The position numbers were made by a program, and so were the translations under genes. A stretch of DNA of 64,000 nt from Eledone cirrhosa. Taxonomy: Eukaryota. The stretch is taken from assembly GCA_964016885.1 (NCBI GenBank), contig OZ024747.1, forward strand, positions 70,742,001-70,806,000, read 5' to 3'. Shown here one piece after another: positions 53,626 through 64,000 of this stretch (its first letter is position 1; each line of letters starts with the position of its first letter). The notes under the pieces were generated by a model. It ran no database searches and had not been told where the DNA came from. It saw nothing but the letters and a program-made list of their open reading frames with translations.

Positions 53626-55764
53626 TATATATATATATGTATATATCAAGAGAGAGAGAAAGTAAGTATTCTATACTTACAATTATCATATTCATTAAAT
53701 ATATATTGACCAGTACCACCACCTTTACAATTACTACTAATACTACTATTACTTTTACTTCTCTGTCATCATTATAATTTCTTATTTTTATTACATGCTA
53801 TATACTATTTCTATTGTAAATAGATACCTATCATAGTATTTCTCTTCGAAACGTTGATAGTTATTTATAATTCATATTTATTTATTTCTAAATATATTAT
53901 AAGCCTTTCTTCAGTCCAGTATTTATTGTTTGGTTTTCTTAGTATTTTATTAACACTATTGCCCATTCTAATCGTAATACTACCAGAATACTTCCTCTTC
54001 AGTAACACCTGATGCCAGAAATATTCAGCTGTTATATTATCATTCTTTTATCTATTTCTCAGTGTTATTGGTCTTAGAATATACCAAGAAAAGCTACTAT
54101 TGGGGATGCCGACTTGCTAGGAAGATTGTAAACATTCCAGCAGGATCAGATAATTTTAGTTCTGTACTTTGAGAGCTGTTTTATGATTTTGAGTTTAGTG
54201 TTCCCAAATCTGTGTAATAAAGATGTTTACTTTGCATCCATATGGTTCTCATTCAAATACAAATGAGTAACACCTTGGCAAAGTGTTTTCTCACATAGCC
54301 TGGAGTTCACCAATATTTTCTGAATGGAATTTGGTAGACATAAAGAAGAAGCCTATTCATCATCACTATTTAATGTCTGTTTTTCCGGCTAGTAAGTGTT
54401 GAATGGGTATTACAGACCAAGTCAGTACTCAAGCAGGGTTACAGACCCTTCACTCTGAGACTTGGCTCAAATACTTTCAATAGAGTAAATTCTGGGTGAT
54501 CCAGCCTGAGTCTTGGTCAAATGCTTGCAATAGAGTAAATTCTGAATGATTTATTAACTCTACCATTCAAATATGTTACTGTTGAATTCGAACTCAGGAC
54601 ACAAATATCACTAATCTTCTGATCTAACACTCTATGAAGTCCACCATCGTAGACTGGTATTTTATAGATTGAAAGTTGAAAGGATGAAAAACAAAGTTAA
54701 CCTCAGAAGGATTTGAACTCAGGACATAAACTGCCAGAATGAATACAGCAAGGAATTTTGTCTGAAGCTTTAATGATTCTAGCAATCCACCATCCTTCTT
54801 AAATAACATTTTAAAAGCACAAATGGTTCCCTATGTTATATTAACATTCTCAATATAATTAATATGTATGGAAAGGAGAATAGCAATCTCAAGCAGAAGG
54901 TTTATCCGTAAAACAATTCTGATACCACAAAGCATCTGATCTAACACTCTAATAAGCCTGCCAGTCCACCAGATAGACTGGCATATTATCTATTGATGCT
55001 GGAAGGAGGAAAGATAAATTTGATAGAATTTGTAGTCAAAATGGAAGCATCTAGAAAAAAAAGCTTCAAGGTATTTTATCAGATGCTCTAATGCTGCTAC
55101 GAATTTGCTGCATTAAATATTCTTGCTATTGATATGGCACTAATCTATTGCTGGTAATTTTTTCAAAAACCAGTGGATTTATTATTTTCAATAGCTTAAT
55201 GAACTTTTTAGAGAATTTTTTTTTTAAATGACAAAATATTACTGAAATATGAAAAACTTATAAAATATCTCATTTTGAAACTTCAAACCTCTTTATTGAT
55301 AGTTAGTGTTTTAAAACAAGAAGAATACCACGAGTCCACAGGTGAAAATAATCATAGAACAATGAAGCATGTAATAAGAAATCTTCTCCAAATAAATTTT
55401 ATCATTGGTTTCAAATCTGATTTCCTATGTTAAGTAATCTTGTACAAGTCATTCTAACCCTATATCTGTAGTCCACTGTATTTTCTATTCCCTTACCTAC
55501 AAAGGACCATCTTTCTAGATTCCTTGTTATTTAATTAATCTCAATTATTTTCCACTAGTTTCTGCTTCAGGTACCAGTGGCAAGTTATGCAATACAATAT
55601 TACATAATCTATTAGGTCATTGAAGTGGTTTAATTGAAGAATTCTGATGAAATCAGTTTCATCTTCATGTGACCAAGGGAAATCATTCCAACTTGAACAT
55701 ATTCCTCTCCAAAGTATTCACTTAGGGAAATAATAAAGTAAGTTGATATGTGTGTGTGTGTGCA

Positions 55765-55845
<81 letters not shown>

Positions 55846-56097
55846 GTGTATATGTATATATATTTATATAGATGTATATATATGCAAATATACAAATGTA
55901 TGTATATATGGATTTTAGTCTTCAAATTTATTATTATTACTATATATATATATAACAAAGGCAGTGTGGTAAGGAACCAGGTGGACCATAACGCACCAGA
56001 GTACTCAATACTTTGGGTAATAGAGTGGGTAATAGGAAAATGGTCCAGAAATAGCCATCAAAATGGCTTCAGCTCTGTCGTCGGAGTCTTGAATATT

Positions 56098-56129
<32 letters not shown>

Positions 56130-56182
56130 TGTATGTATATATATGTATGGATGTATATGTATACATGTGTATATGTATATAT

Positions 56183-56864
56183 ATCCGACTTCCACACCGA
56201 TCTCAAGCTGTGGCACACCGCCCAGGCTTTGCTCTTCCTCTCAACCACATCATCTTCCGTATTCCCAATCTTTGCTCCCAAATACAGGAAGTCCTCAACC
56301 AATTCTAGCGGCTTCCCGCCTACATTGGTGATCCCCTCTGGCTTCTCAACATTCTCTACCAGATATTTTGTTTTAGTCTCATTCACTCTGTGTTGCTGTA
56401 CGGATCTGAAATTTGGAAACTGACCAATAAACTCACTCAGATGGTGGATGGGTGCTACACGAGAATGCTGAGGATGGCTGTGAACATTAATCAGTATATA
56501 CTGAAGCTGAAAAACTCAGAGCTGTATTGGAGCCTCCCAAAAGTCAGCTCGAAAGTGACACAGAGGAGACTGAGGTTAGCTGGACATGCTCACCGGCATC
56601 AAGAGTTGACATTGCACTCAGTGCTCCTGTGGGAGCCCGTACATGGACACACTGGAAGAGGAAGACCAAGGATAATGCATGCTGATGCCCTAAGGACAGA
56701 CACTGGTCTGTTGGAGATGCAGGACATGGCAGCGATAATGAGGGACAGAGACCGCTGGAGAGAACTCGTCCATGGATCTTGGGAATACATTCTATTCTAT
56801 TCTAGGGAGGGTAAAATTCCCAAGATCCATGGACGAGTTCTCTCCAGCGGTCTCTGTCCCTCAT
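56183..56864. mobile_element. RTE-clade LINE 3' fragment of a different family, with 5' inversion and 3' fold-back, in (TA)n
   Basis: Minus 56183-56388 encodes NETKTKY...VEDFLYLGA...WKSD. Plus 56385-56790 encodes SVLLYGSEIW...RLRLAGH...GRGRP...DRDRWR. Then an (ATTCT)3 tail and a 49-bp perfect inverted copy. Confidence 0.88.
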
Positions 56865-56989
56865 ATATATATGTATATATGTATATGATATATATATATA
56901 TATATGTGTATATTCATATGTATATGTTACATATAAATATAAATATATATATATATGTATATTCATATGTATATAAATATATATATATA

Positions 56990-57602
56990 TGTGATTGCTT
57001 CCGGTACCTAGGTGATCAGATTAGCATCGGACGGGGGTGTTCCGAGGGGGCTATCTAGAATAAGGTAGGGTTGGAAGAATTTTAGGGAGCTGCTTCCTCT
57101 GTTGACAAAGAAGGGTTTGTCCCTGCATACGAAAGGCCGGTTATATGATGCCTGTGTTAGATGTGCGATGCTGCATCTTAGTGAGAGATGGGCAGCAATT
57201 ACAGTGGATATCTGATGGCTGGAGAGAAATAAAGAGAGCATACTCTATTGGATGTGCAATGTTAATGTGCGGGAACGACCAAGCATAGACGAGTTGAGAG
57301 AGAAACTGTGTATAAGAGGGATAAGTTGTGGTATGCGGGAGAGAAGACTGAGAAGGTATGGACATGGAAGATGACCGCTGGGTAAAGAAGTGCCAAGAAA
57401 TCCCAGTAGAAGGAAGACGCAGTAGAAAGACCATGAAAAACATGGGTGGAGGTGGTGAGAGCAGACCTCAGATTTCTGAATGAAGCTCACAAAGGAGATG
57501 ACGAATGGCTGTGACAAGTGGAGAGATGTTGTGCTGAATAGGACCCATCCCACCCTTGCAAGCAGGGTAAAGCAGATGTGAAATGATGATGAAGATGATG
57601 AT
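56990..57602 (+). mobile_element. RTE LINE 3' fragment
   Basis: DCFRYLGDQIS..GWKNFRELLPLL and a (GAT)n tail. Confidence 0.85.
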
Positions 57603-57611
57603 ACATGTATA

Positions 57612-57683
<72 letters not shown>

Positions 57684-58165
57684 GTATATAAAGGGTGGAA
57701 GAACTCATGAGTCAACGACCATCCAAAAATGTGTATATATGTGCGGGGACATAGAAATAATTAGGCTAGATACCCGATCATGCAGTTAAACCACTGGGAG
57801 TGAAGGACTCCTAGTATTTGTCAGGGCATTCTTCTAGGAGAAGACAACATAGGAAACTGGGATAACTCCGACATAAAATCTGTGGCTCATTAGTCACCGA
57901 TGATGTTGATCTTTTCTCCCTTTCAGGTTACAACTACTGTCGCTCAGAGAGTGGGATTGGCTCAGTGCACAGTCTTTCCTCACTTTAAAATAAATTTTCA
58001 CGTACAGGCATTGCACGATAGCTTTAATTGATAGTTACTAATAATGTTATATTGTACAATGGCCATGCTCGATAAAGAGGGGGCAGCCATCATATATATA
58101 TATATATGTATATATATATTTATATATATATATTTATATATATATATGTATATATATGTATATAT

Positions 58166-58511
58166 GGAGGCACATGGCTTAGTGGTTAGAGCATTTGCCT
58201 TGCAATCGAAATGTTGTGAGTTCAATTCTCAGACCGGGTGGTGTGTTGTTTCCTTGAGCAAGACACTTTATTTCACATTGCTCCAGTTTACTCAGCTGTA
58301 GAAATGAGATGATAGGGACCCCAGTCCCTATCATTCCACTGCAAGGTGGTCCTGGAGGTGTCACGGTAACAAAGCACCCAGCACTCAGTGTAAATGAGGT
58401 TGGTCTTAGGAAGGGCATCCAGCTGTAGAAATCAAGCCAGAATCAGTTCCTGTCCCACCCTTGCAAGCAGGGAAAAAGCGGACGTAAAATGATGATGATG
58501 ATGATGATGAT
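58166..58511 (+). mobile_element. tRNA-headed, RTE-tailed SINE
   Basis: Direct copy of 20-360. Confidence 0.9.
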
Positions 58512-58520
58512 ATATATATT

Positions 58521-58555
<35 letters not shown>

Positions 58556-58581
58556 ATATGTATATATATTTATAACGGCGA

Positions 58582-61400
58582 TGTAGGTTTTACTTTGTAT
58601 TTAGGTAAGGCGGGTCTTCTCTATTACTGAGTACCGCCAAAGGTCTCGGTCCAGTGACATTGTCTTGGAGAGGTGTAAGTGTGTGAGGTCAGAATTTATC
58701 AGCTCGTCCCAGGTTTTTCTGGGTCTGCCTACTCCGTAGCTACCGTCTATCTTTATTGCCCTGCACTTTGTTATACAGCTGTCATCTTTCATGCGCATCA
58801 CGTAACCATACCAACGTAGCCTTCTCTCGAGTAAACAACATCTGGTCCCTCTTATTTCTAATTTTTTCCTTAGTTCGCTTATGCTTTACCATTCACGTAT
58901 GTTACTATTACACATCCAGCGGAGCATGCAAGCTTCGTTCCTCTCTAGTCTGCGTATATCCTCTGAACAGAATGCCCAGGTCTCACTGCCATGCAACATT
59001 GCTGTTCGTATGCAGGCATCATACAACCTGCCTTTCATTCTTAGGGAGAACCCTTTAGCGGCTAATAGTGGTATAAGCTCTCTGAACTTTTTCCAACCAG
59101 TTCTGACTCTAGCTACTGTACTTTCAGAGCACCCTCCCCCACTGCTGATTTTGTCGCCCAGGTAACGGAAGCTGTCCACTATTTCTATAGAACCCTCTGC
59201 GCAATTGAAAGAGCTAGTATTCTGTGGGCACTTGCTGCTACTTATTGCACCAGAGCACCGGCCACATGTAAAATCTATGTTCTTAGTTAGCTTACCTGTG
59301 ATCCCACTTCATCTTTTATGCACCCATACTTTGCATTTGGGACATAAAATGGAGTTTCTACCTACGCCTTTCCTACACACTGAGCATGGCCATTTCCCAG
59401 AGGGGACCGGCGCCTTATTTTCTTTCCTACAAACTAGAACTTTAGTCTTAGCCGGTTAATTTTAAGGCCTTTTGATTCTAGGCTGTGCTTCCATGTTTGG
59501 AATTTCTTCTCTAGCTCGGCCATTGATTCAGCTATGAGCGTTAGATCATCTGTGTATAGGAGTTCCCATGGACAGCCGGTCTTGAACTCCTCTGTTATAG
59601 CCTGAAGGGCAATAATAAATAGGAGGGTGCTAAGAACAGAGCCCTGATGGACACCAACTTTTACGCTAAACTCTTCACTATATTCTTTGTTAATTCTAAC
59701 TTTGCTGACTGTTTCTTTATACATGGCTTGTATAGCTCTCACAAGCCATTCGTCAACACCTAGTTTTCTAAGAGCCCACCAGATAATGGAACGGGGGACT
59801 CTGTCGAAGGCTTTCTCCAAGTCAACAAAAGCTAAGTATAGGGGTTTACTTTTAGCTAGGTACTTCTCCTGTAGTTGTCGTACAATGAAAAGAGCGTCTG
59901 TGGCACTTTTGCCTGACACAAACCCGAACTGCATTTCATCTAGATCAATTCTCTCTCTGATTAGTTGCGCTATTACTTTTTCCGTGACCTTCATGACCTG
60001 GTCGATTAATTTAATGCCTCTATAGTTACACCTATCTAGGGCATCTCCTTTACCCTTGTAACAGTTAATGATGATGCTGCTATGCCAGTCCTTCGGAACA
60101 ACCCCATTCTGTATGACTTGGTTTAGTATCCGGGAGACCATGGTGTGTCCCACCGTTCCAGAGGCTTTCAGCATCTCAGTAACTATTTCCGAAGGCCCAG
60201 CCGCCTTACCCGCCTTCATATCTTTGATTGCCTTACTTATTATACTACCTTCGACTAACACTGCTGGTCGATGTGGGGGAGACTGTCTTTCTCCCATTTA
60301 TTCTCCTCATTTAGAAGCCTTTCGTAGTGACTCTTCCAAGCTACCTTCTTATCAGCGTCAGTGATGGCAAGTACGCCTTCATCATTAAGTACACACTTCT
60401 CCCCGACAATATCACAGTTTTCCTTGACGCATTGCCTAGCAATCCTGAACACCTCACGTTTTTGGTCTTCGCGTTGTAGAACATGCTTGAACTTTCTTTC
60501 CTCTGCTTCCCTTCTTGCGAAGTACACTTGTCTCCTAGCTTCCCTCCTGGCCACTTGATAGTCTTCTCTACTTCCCCCATCCCGCCATATTTTCCAAGCC
60601 TGCTTTTTGGCCTTAATTGACTCCTCCACCTTACTGTTCCACCACCATGTTACTCTCCTCCTATCTACAGGCCTGCTCTTCCTTACTGTCGAAAGCATCA
60701 AGTAATATGCTTTGAAATTTATTTCTGGCTGTGGGGTCCTTTAGCTTCCATATTTTTCTCCTGAGGATAGTCCTCTTCTGCTGTCTAGTACGTCTCGTCC
60801 TGACTATGAGGTCGCTAATTATCAGTCTATGTTGGGAGGTGCATTCTTCATGGGGGAGGGATTTAGTGTTAACAACAGACACTCTGTCACGTCTTCTGGT
60901 AAGGATATAATCTACCTGGCTTGTGTGTTCCCCCGATCTATAGGTGATCAAGTGATTGTCTTGTTTTTTGAAGTTAGTGTTACAGATAGTTAGGTTATTT
61001 GCGTCACAGAATTCCAGGATTCTGGAGCCTTCCTCATTTCTAGTACCGAACCCATAGCCTCCATGGATTCCGTCATAGCCGTCACAATGTTGTCCAACGT
61101 GACCGTTTAGGTCGCCTGCAATAATTATATACTCACTGTCGGTTATTTGGGAGGTAGCAAGCATCAGTGTCTCATAGAATCTGTCTTTTATAGCGCCGGG
61201 CAGTCCGGATTGGGGTGCGTACGCAGATATTACTGTCACCGTAGTTCTATTGAGGACAAGTCTTATTTTCATTATTCTGTCATTCACTCTATTTACGTCT
61301 ATTATCTTATCTGGCCACTTTTCTGCTACTATGATTTCTACTCCACCCAGCCCATTGTCATTTCCCACCCAGAAAAGATTATAGCATCATTCTTTACCCA
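58582..61400 (-). mobile_element. RTE LINE of the same family as 14162-17315; truncated at both ends and disabled
   Basis: ORF pieces 60661-61368 (APE), 59434-60297 (RT, YTDD), 58886-59179 and 58601-58801. Frameshifts and deletions. Confidence 0.95.
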
Positions 61401-61441
61401 CATGTATGCATATATATGTATATATATATATATATATATTC

Positions 61442-61656
61442 TAGTCGATCGACTTTCGTCAAATCGGACCGAGGAAACTATGTTTCCGTTGGTCTTTCCA
61501 ATTGCTAATACTATCTATCGGTCGCAACTCCAGGTAGAAGGAGCAACGTGAAATAAAGTGTCTTGCTCAAGGACATAACGCATCGCCTGGTTCAGGAATC
61601 GAACTCACAACCTCACGATTGTGAATACAATACTCTAACCACTCAGCCACACGCCT
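61442..61656 (-). mobile_element. tRNA-headed SINE, second family
   Basis: Minus-strand A box TGGCTGAGTGG and B box GAGTTCGATTCC. Body shared with 36146-36238. Confidence 0.8.
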
Positions 61657-61657
61657 T

Positions 61658-61775
<118 letters not shown>

Positions 61776-61786
61776 ATATATGTATA

Positions 61787-64000
61787 TATCATCATCATCA
61801 CCGTTTTACGTCCGTTCTTCCACGCTAGCATGGGTTAGACGGGTTGTCCTGTTGTGGGCAGTGTCTGGTCGGCTGACCATGCCTTGCTCATACAGGAACT
61901 GATCTGGCTTGATTTCTACAGCTGGATGCCCTTCCTAACACCAACCTCATTTACAGTGAGTGCTGGTGCTTTTTCGTGGCGCCTACACGTCCACTTTACA
62001 GTGTGGGCTGGGTGCTTTTTTGCCGTGGCACCTCCACGACCACCTTGCGGTGGGGGGGGGGGCATATTGTTTATATGCTTCAGCATGTACCCATGGGAGG
62101 TCGGGTACCCTGTATTACTGCGTGACGCCAGAAGTCACGGTCGTGTGTCATTGACTTTGAGAGCTGTAGTTGGGTAAGGTCGGCTTTTATCACCTCATCC
62201 CAAGTCATCTTGGGTCTCCCCACTCCGCGGTTTCCATCAACTTCTAGTGCTCTGCACCTTTTTATGCAGCTGTCATCCTTCATACGCATCACATGTCCAT
62301 ACCAGCGTAACCGCCTCTCCTGCACGCAGCATTTGATTCCTCTTATGCTCAGTCTCTCTCTCAATTCATTTATGCTTTGTCGTTCACGTATATTACTGTT
62401 ACACATCCATCGGAGCATGCAGGCTTCGTTTCTCTCTAATCTACGTAAGTCTTCCACCTTCAGCGCCCAGGTCTCACTACCATGCAACATCGCTGTTCGG
62501 ATACACGCATCATACAGTCTGCCTTTCATTCTGAGGGAGAAGCCTTTTGCAGCTAGCAGTGGTAGTAGTTCCCTAAACTTCTTCCATCCCGTTCTTACCC
62601 TAGTTATTGTACTTTCTGAGCACCCACCTCCGTTGCTAATTCGGTCACCTAGGTAGCAGAAGCTGTCTACTGTTTCTACAGGGCCCTCCCAGAGATTGGT
62701 GGTACTTGTTTCCTGTGGTTGTTTGCTTGCTGTTTCAGCACAGCTGCTGCATGTGAATCCTACATTCTTAATTAAGCTTCCTGAGATCCCGCTACATCTC
62801 TTGTGTACCCATTGTTTGCATTTGGGGCAAAGAATGGAGTTCCTACCTACACCTTTCCTACATACTGAGCAAGGCCATTTCCCTGAGGGGATCTGGGTTC
62901 TGTTTTCTCGTCTACTTATAAGGACCTTAGTCTTTGTCATGTTGACTTTGAGGCCCTTTCTCTCTAGTCCCTGCTTCCAGGTTTGGAATTTATTCTCTAG
63001 TTCTACCATAGATTCAGCTATGAGTGCGAGGTCATCAGCATACAGGAGTTCCCATGGGCATCCGGTCTTAAACTCCTCCGTTATTGCCTGCAGGACTATG
63101 ATGAACAGGAGAGGGCTAAGAACAGAGCCCTGGTGGACCCCAACCTGTACGCTAAATTCCTCGCTATACTCATTGCCAATCCTAACTTTGCTGACTGCTC
63201 CCCTATACATGGCTTGTACCGCTTTCACAAGCCATTCATCTACTCCTAGTTTTCTAAGAGCCCACCAGATTACTGCACGTGGAACTCTGTCAAAGGCTTT
63301 CTCAAGGTCGACAAATGCCAAGTAGAGTGGCTTACTTTTAGCTAGGTACTTTTCCTGTAATTGCCTCACAAGGAAGAGCGCATCAGTGGTGCCTTTCCCT
63401 GGTACAAACCCAAATTGCATCTCGTCTATATTCACCCGGTCCCTAATCAGCTGTGCTATAACTCTTTCTGTTACTTTCATGACCTGGTCCATCAACTTTA
63501 TACCTCTATAGTTTCCTCTATCTAGTGCATCGCCTTTACCTTTGTAGCAGTTGACAATGATGCTACTGCACCAATCTTTTGGTATGGCCCCCTCTAGTAT
63601 TACCTGGTTAACGATACGTGTGGTTATAGTGTGACCTACAGACCCAGATGCCTTCAGCATCTCGGCAGCTATACCCGATGGACCGGTTGCCTTCCCTATC
63701 TTCATATCTCTGATTGCCTTACTTACTACGCTGCCGCTGACTTGTACTGCTGGTCCCTCTATAGGGTCTACGTGGGGTAGGGTCTCTTCTTCCCATGCAT
63801 TCTCCTCATTTAGTAATCTATCATAATGACTCTTCCATGCATCTTTCTTCTCAGCACTTGTGAGGGCAAGCTCACCTTTATCATTCCGGATACACTTCTC
63901 TCCAATGACATCACAACTATCTCTGACACACTGCCTCGCAATCTTGAATACCTCCTGTTTCTGGTCCTCACGTTGTAAAACATGCTTGAATTTTCTATCC
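61787..64000 (-). mobile_element. RTE LINE of a sister family with complete 3' end, running off the window edge
   Basis: (CAT)n tail on the + strand, 3' UTR and uninterrupted ORF. Confidence 0.95.
62080..63999 (-). CDS. RTE reverse transcriptase with PHD-like finger (partial, open to the window edge)
   Basis: YRGIKL, QFGF, FVDLEKAFD, GVHQGSVLSP, intact YADD, CSVC...CPKC...HKRC...CSSC. Manual translation of 63706-63999 shows no stop. Confidence 0.93.
   Translation of the reverse strand, partial: DRKFKHVLQREDQKQEVFKIARQCVRDSCDVIGEKCIRNDKGELALTSAEKKDAWKSHYDRLLNEENAWEEETLPHVDPIEGPAVQVSGSVVSKAIRDMKIGKATGPSGIAAEMLKASGSVGHTITTRIVNQVILEGAIPKDWCSSIIVNCYKGKGDALDRGNYRGIKLMDQVMKVTERVIAQLIRDRVNIDEMQFGFVPGKGTTDALFLVRQLQEKYLAKSKPLYLAFVDLEKAFDRVPRAVIWWALRKLGVDEWLVKAVQAMYRGAVSKVRIGNEYSEEFSVQVGVHQGSVLSPLLFIIVLQAITEEFKTGCPWELLYADDLALIAESMVELENKFQTWKQGLERKGLKVNMTKTKVLISRRENRTQIPSGKWPCSVCRKGVGRNSILCPKCKQWVHKRCSGISGSLIKNVGFTCSSCAETASKQPQETSTTNLWEGPVETVDSFCYLGDRISNGGGCSESTITRVRTGWKKFRELLPLLAAKGFSLRMKGRLYDACIRTAMLHGSETWALKVEDLRRLERNEACMLRWMCNSNIRERQSINELRERLSIRGIKCCVQERRLRWYGHVMRMKDDSCIKRCRALEVDGNRGVGRPKMTWDEVIKADLTQLQLSKSMTHDRDFWRHAVIQGTRPPMGTC

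Noticed and set aside
54457-54550. Two-copy tandem duplication of about 50 bp
   Set aside because: Ordinary local duplication with no further structure.

Overview
AT-rich, microsatellite-dense eukaryotic DNA. The repeat repertoire suggests an octopus or other cephalopod genome (inference). No host protein-coding gene can be called with confidence. The window holds non-LTR retroelements (three long RTE-clade LINEs with a PHD-like finger plus many fragments, a CR1-type 3' fragment, and R4/Dong-like and CRE-like relics), two Penelope-like element (PLE) families with a C-terminal GIY-YIG endonuclease, tRNA-headed SINEs, two MITEs and kilobases of (TA)n/(GT)n arrays. The most striking signal is an architecture shared by several unrelated sequences: (TA)n - arm' - short loop - arm - 60-95 bp unique tail - (TA)n. 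These fold-back mini-elements mostly carry minimal type-I hammerhead ribozyme motifs (CUGANGA...GAAA, self-complementary stem III) in the arms. Two of them are demonstrably the 3' ends of the PLEs in this window. A similar fold-back appears at the 3' end of an RTE fragment and in a nested set of inverted repeats at 4.9-7.4 kb. A candidate HDV-like ribozyme lies at 41.3 kb. All calls were made by eye and boundaries of degenerate repeats are approximate.
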